A stretch of DNA of 64,000 nt from Candidatus Multivoradales bacterium (GCA_965223155.1 CBDCVR010000014.1:480001-544000), one strand, 5' to 3'. Positions 48,078 through 56,768 are shown, counted from the stretch's first letter. The notes: generated from the sequence alone by a model not told the origin. Program-made: numbers and translations.

Positions 48078-48914
48078 CTAGTGGTCCTTAAACAGCTCCG
48101 CAAACTCGAGCGTCCAGGTAACGTGGGTGATTACCCTGCGACCCTGGCCAAAGTCCTGGACGAAGATGGCCTGACCGCCGTCCCGCGAAACCGCCATCAA
48201 GCGGCCCCACTGCGCTACGTTCGGCAACTCCATGTCGTTGAAGGCCGGAGGCGCCGGAGTCGCGGCGTTGCACTTCGGGCTACGGGGATTGCAACCCTTG
48301 CCGCCATCCGTGTCGAGATGTCCGTACAGCGTCTCGAGCTGCTCGTAGTCGTGGGCGTTGGGCGCGCGGTTCGAGGGCGGGCCTTCCGGGTCACTCGTGT
48401 AGTCCATACACGTGCCGAGGTTTCCGTTGTTGAAATTCTCATCCTGATGGCCGAGTCCAAAGACATGGCCGACCTCCTGGCACATGACCATGTCCCGCCA
48501 ACCGTCGGTGTTATACGGCGGGCTGTTGTGGTAGGTGTCGTTCATCTTCGCGACGGCGCGCGTGATGTGGTCGCCATCTGCCCAGATCTGAGCGACACCC
48601 AGCCAACCGGTGTTGCCGTAGGTGTCGTTACAGACCTCGATCCGGCCGTTCCGGGCGCCACAATTGCCCCGGGCTTTCCCGGAGACAATCGAGAGGTCCA
48701 ACACCGAAGACGCGTTCCAGTCGGCGTTGGCTTCGACCAGCCAACCGTCCCAGGTGGCGTCCACGTTGTCGCCCAGACCTAGTGACACTGGGTTCGACGA
48801 GCGCTCCCAATGGTAGTTGCCCCAGGAATGACCCGCCTGGGCCGGGATCGCCGCCAGTCCGACGACAAGGGCCATGGCGACCACCGGTAGACAGAGTTTC
48901 AACAGACTTCGCGT
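48078..48914 (-). CDS. Secreted matrixin-like (metzincin-fold) protein with QExxHxxGxxH motif
   Basis: CQEVGHVFGLGH, Met-turn TCMDY, signal peptide ending PAQA. The best SD (AGGAGG) points to ACG at 48914; an alternative is TTG 48902. Confidence 0.75.
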   Translation of the reverse strand, partial: TRSLLKLCLPVVAMALVVGLAAIPAQAGHSWGNYHWERSSNPVSLGLGDNVDATWDGWLVEANADWNASSVLDLSIVSGKARGNCGARNGRIEVCNDTYGNTGWLGVAQIWADGDHITRAVAKMNDTYHNSPPYNTDGWRDMVMCQEVGHVFGLGHQDENFNNGNLGTCMDYTSDPEGPPSNRAPNAHDYEQLETLYGHLDTDGGKGCNPRSPKCNAATPAPPAFNDMELPNVAQWGRLMAVSRDGGQAIFVQDFGQGRRVITHVTWTLEFAELFKDH

Positions 48915-49033
48915 TGCAGTTCCCTCCTGTGAGAATGAATTCTTCCCGCCGGTGGCGGGGGCTCGGTGCGGTCTCGCCTCCACAAACTGACTTGATTCAA
49001 AAAACTGTATCGCGTGGTGGCATCACGGGTCAA

Positions 49034-49063
49034 CTGTGATTTCCGCGTCTGTGATTTCCGCGT
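49034..49063. repeat. Perfect 2 x 15-bp tandem repeat CTGTGATTTCCGCGT in a divergent promoter region
   Basis: Read directly from the sequence. Confidence 0.9.
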
Positions 49064-49081
49064 CACGCGACGAGAAACCGC

Positions 49082-49110
49082 TTGCCCGACTCAGCAATCC
49101 GAGACATAGT
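49082..49110 (+). promoter_or_regulatory. Putative sigma70 promoter of the tRNA
   Basis: TTGCCC, 17 bp, CATAGT, ending 13 nt before the tRNA. Confidence 0.55.
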
Positions 49111-49123
49111 CGCCTGCTTGCAC

Positions 49124-49199
49124 GCGCCGCTAGCTCAATGGATAGAGCACCAGACTTCGGATCTGGCGGTTCGGGGTTCGAGTCCCTGGCGGCGCGCCA
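49124..49199 (+). tRNA. tRNA-Arg, anticodon UCG
   Basis: Acceptor stem GCGCCGC/GCGGCGC, D arm GCTC/GAGC, anticodon arm CCAGA-CT TCG GA-TCTGG, T loop TTCGAGT, encoded CCA. 76 nt. Confidence 0.95.
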
Positions 49200-49322
49200 G
49201 ACCCTCTAGTCCCAGCCCCCGGCGCGGTCGAGCCGCCGGTTTGGAGCCACCGAAGCTGCCGGAGCCGCGCCCACGGCCCATCCGATGCGCCGGCTCCTTC
49301 CTGCCCGGCTACGGTCTACCCC

Positions 49323-50681
49323 CTACGGCCAGATGCCCCGCTCGAGAGTCACTCGAGCCACCCGGTCGATGGCCAGGATGAAGGCCGCGGTCCGGAGGTC
49401 TACGCGGTCGAGCTTCTTGTCACCGAAGCGCCGAGCCTTGTTGACCCGCGCCTGGGTATCGATGACGTCGTCGGCGGCCCGCACCATGCGCTTCTTGAGG
49501 CGCCGGTTGACCTCGTCTTCGTCCCACTGCTCGTTCTCGACGTTCTGGACCCACTCGTAGAAGCTCACGGTGACGCCGCCGGCGTTGGCCAAAATGTCCG
49601 GTATGACCGGAATGCCCCGTTCGAAGAGAATCCGGTCGGCCGCGGGCGTCGTCGGCCCGTTGGCGGCCTCGACCACCAGTCGAGCCTGTACCGAGCCGGC
49701 ATTGTCGGACCGGATCTGGTTCTCTAGGGCTGCCGGGATCAGGATGTCGCAGCGCAGCTCGAGGAGTTCCTCGTTGGTGATCGTCTTCGACTTGCCGTAG
49801 CCGACGACCGAACCGGTCTCCTGCTTGTGGGCGATCACCTTCTTGGCGCTGATGCCGCGGCTGTTGTAGATGGCGCCTCGTGAATCGCTGACGCCCACGA
49901 TCTTGGCGTCCGCCTCCGAGAAGAGCTCGGCGGCGATCGAGCCGGCGTTGCCGAAGCCCTGGATGACCACCTTCTGCCCGGCCACCGCCTCCATCCCGTC
50001 GACGAGGCCGCGCTCGAGCGCCTGCTGGGTAACGAAGAGCGACCCGCGGGCGGTGGCCTCGCGGCGGCCCAGGGAGCCGCCGATCTCGACCGGCTTGCCG
50101 GTAACCACCGGCAGGTTGTTCTTGCCCGGATGCATCATTTGGTAGGTGTCGTAGATCCAAGCCATGGTCTCGGCGTTGGTGTTGACGTCGGGCGCCGGCA
50201 CGTCGGTGTAGGGCCCAATCAACTCTCCCAACTCGGAGACGAAGCGCCGGGTGATGCGCCGCACGTCCTTGCGGGACAGGCGCTTGGGATCGCACACCAC
50301 GCCGCCCTTGGCGCCGCCGAACGGAATGCCCACGACCGCGCACTTCCAGGTCATCCAGGACGCCAGCGCCCGGACCTCATCAGCGGTCACGTCCGGATGG
50401 AACCGGATCCCGCCCTTGCCCGGACCCCGCACCTTGTTGTGCAGCACCCGGTAGCCGACGAAGTTCTTGACCCGGCCCCGCTCGGTAGCGATCGGGAACT
50501 CGACGGTGACGGTCCGGTCGGGCCGTTTCAGGAACTCGATCATGCCCGGCCCTAGCTCGGGCAAGTACTGGACCGCCTTGTCGAACTGCTGCTGCGCGAT
50601 GACGAAAGGGTTGAGTTCCTCGGCGCCCCCCTCCCCGTCCGCGTGCGAGCGCCTGGATACCACCGTCGTTCTTGCTGCCAT
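49323..50681 (-). CDS. gdhA: Glu/Leu/Phe/Val dehydrogenase, probably glutamate dehydrogenase
   Basis: GPGKGGIRF, MTWKCA, GGAKGG, DVPAPD, QGFGNAG, EAANGP, ANAGGVTVSFYEW. Confidence 0.92.
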   Translation of the reverse strand: MAARTTVVSRRSHADGEGGAEELNPFVIAQQQFDKAVQYLPELGPGMIEFLKRPDRTVTVEFPIATERGRVKNFVGYRVLHNKVRGPGKGGIRFHPDVTADEVRALASWMTWKCAVVGIPFGGAKGGVVCDPKRLSRKDVRRITRRFVSELGELIGPYTDVPAPDVNTNAETMAWIYDTYQMMHPGKNNLPVVTGKPVEIGGSLGRREATARGSLFVTQQALERGLVDGMEAVAGQKVVIQGFGNAGSIAAELFSEADAKIVGVSDSRGAIYNSRGISAKKVIAHKQETGSVVGYGKSKTITNEELLELRCDILIPAALENQIRSDNAGSVQARLVVEAANGPTTPAADRILFERGIPVIPDILANAGGVTVSFYEWVQNVENEQWDEDEVNRRLKKRMVRAADDVIDTQARVNKARRFGDKKLDRVDLRTAAFILAIDRVARVTLERGIWP

Positions 50682-50878
50682 TCTCGAGAGCCTCCGTTCG
50701 CGGGTTTGCTTGCGTGAAGCCGAACTCCATCAGACACCGGCCTGGGGCGTCAACCGGCCCAAGCGGTCCATCCGGACCCCAGGCCCGAGCCTCGCCCCAC
50801 CCGTTGGACTCCGCCTCTCCGGCAAGGCAAACTAGGACGGAACTGGCGCCCCCTCGCGCCGCCGGAGGTACCCACCCG

Positions 50879-51772
50879 ATGATGTCCTCGCGTATCCGAT
50901 TCGCAAGAGCCGCCCTTCTGCCGCTTCCCGCCGCGGTCCTTCTCGGTGGCCTTCTGGGCTGGTCCTGCGCCAAGACCGAACAGCCCGGTTCGGTTGACGG
51001 CCCGTCCGAGGCCCCCACCAGCGGCGACCGGGACTTCGCGGAAGTCGAGGGCCGCGAGATCGATTACGAGATCGACGGCGTTCGACTCACCGGCTATCTC
51101 GCCTACGACGCCAACCGCGTCGAGCCCCGGCCCGGAGTCTTGGTCGTTCACGAGTGGTGGGGGCACAACGACTACGTACGCCGGCGAGCCGATCAACTGG
51201 CGGCGATGGGTTACGCGGCCTTCGCACTCGACATGTACGGTTCGGGCAAGCTGGCCGAGCACCCGGAGGACGCCCAGCGATTCATGACCGAGATCTTCGA
51301 GAATCTGGAGGGCGCGGTCGAGCGTTTCCTAGGCGCGCAAGATCTCCTGGCTCGCCAGCCGGTCACCGACCCGGAGCGAATCGCGGCGATCGGCTACTGC
51401 TTCGGTGGCGCGGTGGTTCTTCACATGGCCAGGATCGGCGCCGAGCTCGACGCCGTGGCCAGCTTCCACGGCAGCCTGGCGACCCAGACTCCGGCGCAAC
51501 CGGGACGAACGCGGGCTCGGGTCCTGGTCGCCCACGGCGCCGCCGATCCCTTCGTCTCCGCCGACGAGATCGACGCGTTCGAGCAAGAGATGAGCGCTGC
51601 CGGAGTGGACATGCGGTTCATTTCCTACCCCGGTGCCAAGCACTCGTTCACCAATCCGGCCGCCACCGAGACGGGCCTCGCATTCGACATGCCCCTCGAG
51701 TACGACCCCGAGGCCGACGCCGCGAGCTGGCAGGAGCTCGAACGGTTCCTGGCGAGCTCCTTTTCAGGCTAA
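50879..51772 (+). CDS. Exported dienelactone hydrolase family protein, probable lipoprotein
   Basis: GGAGG RBS. Signal with GWSC. HEWWG, nucleophile GYCFGG, HGAAD, AKHSF. Confidence 0.9.
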   Translation: MMSSRIRFARAALLPLPAAVLLGGLLGWSCAKTEQPGSVDGPSEAPTSGDRDFAEVEGREIDYEIDGVRLTGYLAYDANRVEPRPGVLVVHEWWGHNDYVRRRADQLAAMGYAAFALDMYGSGKLAEHPEDAQRFMTEIFENLEGAVERFLGAQDLLARQPVTDPERIAAIGYCFGGAVVLHMARIGAELDAVASFHGSLATQTPAQPGRTRARVLVAHGAADPFVSADEIDAFEQEMSAAGVDMRFISYPGAKHSFTNPAATETGLAFDMPLEYDPEADAASWQELERFLASSFSG

Positions 51773-51873
51773 GCCCGGCGGGCGCCAGCCTGGCTGTCGC
51801 GCCTTCCACAGACAAACTCGCGGGGCCGGGCTACGCTTCTTTGGAGTCACCCACCCACCGGAGATTCCTGCCC

Positions 51874-52755
51874 ATGAGCCAGCCCGACCGAGCCAACCGT
51901 CTCGACCTACTGAACCGCATCGAGCTCTTCGATTCCTTGAGCGAAGACTGGAAGTACTACCTGTGCGAGCGCTTCCGCGAGGTGCGACTCGAGGACGACG
52001 ACTTCGTCTACCGCGCGGGCGAGGCATCCACCGATCTCTACGTCCTGGTCGACGGCGGGGTGGCTCTGTTTACCGATACGCCCGGCGAGCCGGTTGTGCT
52101 GCGCACCCGGATCGAGCCGGGAACGCTCTTCGGAGAGGTCGGCGTGCTCGACGGCTCGCCGCGCTCGCTGTCGGCACGGGCCGAGGGTGCGACCACGGTC
52201 CTCCGCCTCGACGGCAACGACCTGGTCGCCACCGCACGGGCTCACGAGGACATGGCCCAGACTCTCTGCCAGATCGCGATCGGCAAGGCGCTCGAGAACC
52301 GGGCCGCCCAGGCGGAGCTGGCGCGCCGTCGAGAGGTTCGCATCAGGATCGGCTACCCGGTCGAGGTTCGCACCGAATTCGATCGGTTCTCCTCGGTGCT
52401 CGAAAACCTGTCGCTCGGAGGCCTGTGCCTGCACGGCGTGCCTCAGGGGTGGCAGATGGGCGACTCGGGAAAAATGGCAATCCATCTGGATCCCGCCGCC
52501 CCGCTCCTGCGCTTCGAAGGCACGATCGCCTGGCGCAAGAAGGACCGGGCAGGCGTCGTCTTCACTCGGACCGTCGAGGACCACGAGTTCCGGGTCGCGC
52601 GGACCATTCACCGACTCGTGACCGCGAGGTTGGGAGATTCGAGCACGGGCAAAGACGCTGCCGGGGCGCCGCCGGTTGCGGCTTCGGATCCGGATTCGGA
52701 GGCCACCTCGCGCTCGAACGGCCTCGGGACCCGACCGATCCTACCGGCGTCGTAG
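51874..52755 (+). CDS. Cyclic-nucleotide-binding domain + PilZ domain protein
   Basis: cNMP phosphate cassette FGEVGVLDGSPRSLSARA. PilZ motifs RRREVR (RxxxR) and NLSLGG (D/NxSxxG), AGVVF. Confidence 0.85.
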   Translation: MSQPDRANRLDLLNRIELFDSLSEDWKYYLCERFREVRLEDDDFVYRAGEASTDLYVLVDGGVALFTDTPGEPVVLRTRIEPGTLFGEVGVLDGSPRSLSARAEGATTVLRLDGNDLVATARAHEDMAQTLCQIAIGKALENRAAQAELARRREVRIRIGYPVEVRTEFDRFSSVLENLSLGGLCLHGVPQGWQMGDSGKMAIHLDPAAPLLRFEGTIAWRKKDRAGVVFTRTVEDHEFRVARTIHRLVTARLGDSSTGKDAAGAPPVAASDPDSEATSRSNGLGTRPILPAS

Positions 52756-52925
52756 CCCGCGCAGACGCGGCCGCGCCCCGCCCACCGGCGGGGGTATACA
52801 CTCTGAGGGTTCCATCATCTGGGCCGAGCCTCTGGCGTTGTGCCGCGACGGCTCCGGCCAGCGCCCCAACCGCGCCGGAGCCACATGGCCACGGTGCCGG
52901 TAGACACCCCTCGGAAGGAGGTCTC

Positions 52926-53717
52926 ATGTCCCGAAATTTCCGACGAATCTTCATGCTCGCCACGCTTTCGATCGCTCTGTGCGCGACCGTAGCGGTCGCC
53001 CAGATCGAGTTTGCACCCTACGTCACTGTCCACTATGACGTCGTTGACCCCGGAGACTCCCAACAGTACGAACAGAACGCCAAGGACTGGGTCAAGGCGT
53101 TCGCCGACGCCGAGGCCGGCGCCGACTGGACCTGGGTCGGGTACCAGAACGGTTTCACCTATGGCTGGGTCTCACCGATGCCGAACTTCGCCTACCTCGA
53201 CGCAGCCGAGGATCGCGAGAAGGCGATGGTCGCCATGCTCGGGGAGGAGTCGGCAACCAAACTGATGAGCGGCATGGGTCTCGTCCAGCGACACCACACC
53301 GAGCTGCTGAAGTACGAGCCCGATCTCAGCTACCTGCCCGAAGGCTTCACCCTGGACGGGATGCATGCGGTCAACGTGACGGTTCATACCGTAGCCCCGG
53401 GCAAGGCCAAAGACTACCGGGCGATGGTCGCCGATGTCGTCGCCGCCCTCGGTAGCGTCGATGCGCCCGTCAACTTTCTGGGCCACAGCGTGACCTTCGG
53501 ACAGGGCAGCTTCGCCTACGTGACCTGGGCCGAGAGCCGAGCCGCTCTCCACGGCGGCCCGGAAATGGGCGAGTTGCTAGCCGAGGCGGTCGGCCCCGAA
53601 AAGGCTCAGGAGCTGTACGGCCGGTTTCTCGACACTGTCGATGAGATCTCCGAGCAGGATTGGCGGATTCGCGGCGACCTGAGCTTCCAGGGAAGCCCGG
53701 CCGGCGAATCCGAGTAA
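52926..53717 (+). CDS. Secreted hypothetical protein (tandem ferredoxin-like/NIPSNAP-like halves)
   Basis: AAGGAGG RBS. Signal peptide ends AVA. Two similar halves: YDVVDPG..YEPDLSY and HTVAPG..IRGDLSF. Confidence 0.7.
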   Translation: MSRNFRRIFMLATLSIALCATVAVAQIEFAPYVTVHYDVVDPGDSQQYEQNAKDWVKAFADAEAGADWTWVGYQNGFTYGWVSPMPNFAYLDAAEDREKAMVAMLGEESATKLMSGMGLVQRHHTELLKYEPDLSYLPEGFTLDGMHAVNVTVHTVAPGKAKDYRAMVADVVAALGSVDAPVNFLGHSVTFGQGSFAYVTWAESRAALHGGPEMGELLAEAVGPEKAQELYGRFLDTVDEISEQDWRIRGDLSFQGSPAGESE

Positions 53718-53853
53718 GACCGAGCCTGGTATCTGAGGCCGGTCGCCAAGAGGCCGAGAGGCCGGGAGGCCGGACGCCAGCTCGTCCGGGCCCCTGGTCC
53801 CCCGGTCCTCACGATCGCGCCGTGTCGCACCGCCATGGGCCCTTGCGGCACGA

Positions 53854-53886
53854 TACTTTGTGTAACTAGGTTTTTTGTGCTACTAT
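53854..53886 (+). promoter_or_regulatory. AT-rich promoter/operator region of the padR operon
   Basis: Direct repeat TTTGTGTAACTA / TTTGTGCTACTA with 17-bp period. The second copy contains TGC-TACTAT (extended -10-like). Confidence 0.5.
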
Positions 53887-53922
53887 GCGTTTGTCGAGAC
53901 CAACTAACTCTCGAAAGAAGCC

Positions 53923-54270
53923 ATGCCTAGCCTAGACAGAGAGCTCCGACGCGGCACCCTCGAGATGCTGCTATTGACGCTCCTCGGGGAGCGCACAACC
54001 TATGGCTATGACCTGGTCAGCCGTCTCAGCGAGCTCACCGAAGGCGCCTTCGAGATCAAGGAAGGCACGCTCTATCCGGTTCTCTACCGGCTCGAGCAAG
54101 CGGGAGCCGTCGAGCCCGAATGGCGCCAGCCCGAGCGCGGCGTTCCCCGCAAGTACTACCGCATTACCGAGGCCGGCCGGATCCGGTCGGAAGAGCTCCG
54201 CGATGCCTGGCGAAGCTTCGTTGCCTCGGTGGACCGCATCGTGTCGTCAACTTTCGAGGAGACATCATGA
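53923..54270 (+). CDS. PadR family transcriptional regulator
   Basis: ELRRGTLEMLLL, YGYDL, EGTLYPVLYRLE, RKYYRITEAG. Confidence 0.95.
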   Translation: MPSLDRELRRGTLEMLLLTLLGERTTYGYDLVSRLSELTEGAFEIKEGTLYPVLYRLEQAGAVEPEWRQPERGVPRKYYRITEAGRIRSEELRDAWRSFVASVDRIVSSTFEETS

Positions 54271-54989
54271 GCATTCGCGATCGCTACATCCAAACCGTCC
54301 GCGATCAGGTTCTGGCCAGCTCGAGTGAATGGGCCGAGCTCGAAGCGGAGCTTCGGTCGCACTTCGCCGCCGGGAAAGAGGCCGGACGCGCAGACGCCCA
54401 AACCGTCGATCGCCTCGGCTCTGCCGAAGAATTCGCCACCTCGTTCATGGCCGAGCGCCAGTTGCGCTACGGCGGCTTCTGGATCCGGGCGCTCGCCTTC
54501 GGCGCCGATGTCGGAGTGCTGCTGGCGGCCACCCTGCCATTCCTAGCGATCCTGGTTCCCCTAGGTGAGCGACTGGAGCGCGGCGGCTGGTCGGCGACCC
54601 TGCCGCTCATTCCGTTCGTCCTGGGGCTCCTGGGTATCGTCGGCCTTTGGATCATCTATTTCCCCCTCTGCGAGGCCCGATTCGGCAAGACCCTAGGCAA
54701 GCACCTCCTGGGACTTCGCGCGGTGCAAGAATCCGGGATCAGCCTGACCGCCGGCAAGGCGCTTCTGCGCCGTCTTCCCCTCTATCTCGACATCTTTGCC
54801 ATTGACGCGCTGGTGGCTCCTTTTACCAAGAAGAAGCAACGCGCCTTCGACCTGGTCGCCAAGACCGTCGTCGTGCACGAACCCGGGGCCTCATCCGGCG
54901 CCATCGGGTATCTCCTGGCCATCCTCTGCATTCTGATTCCGGTCGGGGCCTTCGTCGCCGTGGCTTGCGGCACCTCCCTTCTGAGCTAG
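54267..54989 (+). CDS. RDD family membrane protein with N-terminal HAAS-like domain
   Basis: ATGA overlap with padR. ELRSHF..RLGSAEEFA; YGGFWIRALAFGAD, GKTLGK, QRAFDLVAKTVVV. Confidence 0.85.
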   Translation: MSIRDRYIQTVRDQVLASSSEWAELEAELRSHFAAGKEAGRADAQTVDRLGSAEEFATSFMAERQLRYGGFWIRALAFGADVGVLLAATLPFLAILVPLGERLERGGWSATLPLIPFVLGLLGIVGLWIIYFPLCEARFGKTLGKHLLGLRAVQESGISLTAGKALLRRLPLYLDIFAIDALVAPFTKKKQRAFDLVAKTVVVHEPGASSGAIGYLLAILCILIPVGAFVAVACGTSLLS

Positions 54990-55017
54990 CGGCAAGGGGT
55001 CGCGGTGTGAGAGTTCT

Positions 55018-55536
55018 TCAGCAAGCTCCTAGCAGGAACCGGGCGAGCTCCTTGCCGTCCGATCCCGGACAGCGGCCGGCAGGGCGCATGCCGATCTTCT
55101 CGAGGATTCGAAGCGAGGCAGCGTTCTCTGGGTCGGCGACCGCCAGGATCCTCTCGAGACCGAGCGTCTCGCGGCCCCAATCCAGGACGGCGGCGGCGGC
55201 TTCCGTGCCATAGCCTCGGCCGCTACTCGACTCCAAGAGCGCGAATCCGATCTCCACGTCCTTCTGGCCTGCCCGGGTCAGAAACCCGCAAATCCCGATC
55301 GGCACCGGGTCCCTGCCGATGTCCTTGACCAGAACACACAGCAACCCAAAACCGTTCCGCTCGTAACTGGCTAGCGGACCTTCGGTCAGGTAGCGGCGCG
55401 CGCCGCTCAGATCGCGTACCCCCTTGTCACCCACGAACTCGAGAAAGCCGGGCTCGTTGAGCAAGGCCAGGATCATCGCCGCATCGTCAAGGGTCAGCTC
55501 GCGCAGCACGAGGCGGTCTGTTTCGAGAACCGGCAT
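55018..55536 (-). CDS. GNAT (RimJ/RimL-like) N-acetyltransferase
   Basis: LETDRLVLREL, GRGYGTEAA, NAASLRILEKIGM. Confidence 0.9.
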   Translation of the reverse strand: MPVLETDRLVLRELTLDDAAMILALLNEPGFLEFVGDKGVRDLSGARRYLTEGPLASYERNGFGLLCVLVKDIGRDPVPIGICGFLTRAGQKDVEIGFALLESSSGRGYGTEAAAAVLDWGRETLGLERILAVADPENAASLRILEKIGMRPAGRCPGSDGKELARFLLGAC

Positions 55537-55584
55537 GGCGGCTATTGTCGCGCACTCGCCCATGGCGCGAACTAAGATTGACCC

Positions 55585-56088
55585 ATGACGGACTCGGGTT
55601 CAGACGGCCCAGATATCACTGCCGACGCCGACGCCGCCCGCGTCCGGCTGCCGCCGCCCGCCGTCTTCATCACCGCCCTCGCGACAGCGGTTCTGCTTCA
55701 GCGCTTCGTCCTCCAGCTGCCACTCGGCCTGCCTCGGACCTGGCGCCTCGCGGTGGCGCTGGCGGCGGCACTCTTCGGGCTTGGTCTCATGGCGCTCGCG
55801 GCCCTGGCCTTCCGGAGAACCGGTCAGGATCCGCGTCCGTGGAAGCCAACGCCCGAGTTGCTGCGCCGGGGCGTCTATAGTCGCACCCGGAATCCGATGT
55901 ATGCGGGCATGGCTTTGCTCCTGGCCGGAGCCGGTCTCAAGCTTGACAACGGCTGGGCGCTGCTCTTCTTGCCACTGATCCTCTATACCCTGTACCGTAC
56001 CGCCATCCGGCCCGAAGAAGAGTACTTGGAACGCAAGTTCGGCGACGCCTACCGGAGCTACAAGCAGGCCACGCGGCGCTGGATCTGA
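55585..56088 (+). CDS. Isoprenylcysteine carboxyl methyltransferase / PEMT family membrane protein
   Basis: GVYSRTRNPMY, EEEYLERKFGDAYRSY, RRWI. TAAGAT lies 6 nt before the ATG. Confidence 0.9.
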   Translation: MTDSGSDGPDITADADAARVRLPPPAVFITALATAVLLQRFVLQLPLGLPRTWRLAVALAAALFGLGLMALAALAFRRTGQDPRPWKPTPELLRRGVYSRTRNPMYAGMALLLAGAGLKLDNGWALLFLPLILYTLYRTAIRPEEEYLERKFGDAYRSYKQATRRWI

Positions 56089-56168
56089 GCCCAGCTCCAC
56101 CCGCTCCACGGGAGCCAGGCGAACCGGCGCGAAGTGTTTGGAGCTTGGCGGCGGCTCAGCGGTCAGAG

Positions 56169-56768
56169 CTAGTAGATGGAGCCGTGCGCCAGGCGCAGGA
56201 AGTTCCGGCATGCCTGGCAGAAACCGAGACCGCGAGCGTCGATCACCGAGCGCCGGTAGCTGCGCTCTCCATGACGGTTGTAATCGCCCTTCGACATCGG
56301 GCAATACCCCGAGGCGCTCTCGGCCCGCTCGAACGAGTAGTGATGAAGCAAGCCGAAGTTGTGCCCCAGCTCGTGCAACGCCACCTTGAGAACCCGCGTC
56401 AGGAAGTGTCTCGGGTCCTCACTCCCGATTCTCCGGGTCGAGACCAGGGCGACGTCGTTGCGGTTGTCTTTGCACCCGAACATGAAGCGGAAGAAGTCGC
56501 TTGCCGACTCGTCCAAGAGATCGATGTCGGTAATCCCCAGGATGTGGCCGCCGACTTCGGCATCCAGCGCCTGGGTCAGGAGATCCGCCTCGATCGAACC
56601 CACGGGCGGCGGGTCGTGATCGACGAGCTCGACGGCCTCGAGCGTTCCCTCGAGGGCCTCTCCGATACGTGTCGCCATCGCCTCGAGCTCGACCTTTCGC
56701 ACCGGGCGCCCCAACCGCACGAGCTTGAGGCTCGCCAGGCGATTCGGACGCTTGGGACGCTCGGGCAT
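56169..56768 (-). CDS. Archaemetzincin-like (M54) zinc metalloprotease
   Basis: ILGITDIDL, FMFG, ALVSTRR, KVALHELGHNFGLLH, CPM, FCQAC. Confidence 0.82.
   Translation of the reverse strand: MPERPKRPNRLASLKLVRLGRPVRKVELEAMATRIGEALEGTLEAVELVDHDPPPVGSIEADLLTQALDAEVGGHILGITDIDLLDESASDFFRFMFGCKDNRNDVALVSTRRIGSEDPRHFLTRVLKVALHELGHNFGLLHHYSFERAESASGYCPMSKGDYNRHGERSYRRSVIDARGLGFCQACRNFLRLAHGSIY

Noticed and set aside
49124-49320. tRNA as the integration site of a genomic island
   Set aside because: No integrase, no duplicated tRNA 3' end seen, and no obvious composition shift. A housekeeping dehydrogenase follows directly.
50739-50840. GGCCTGGGG/CCCCAGGCC stem and GGCAAAC as a c-di-GMP-I riboswitch
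   Set aside because: It lacks the GAAA-capped P2 stem and the GACGCAAA element. It is a single GC-rich stem only.
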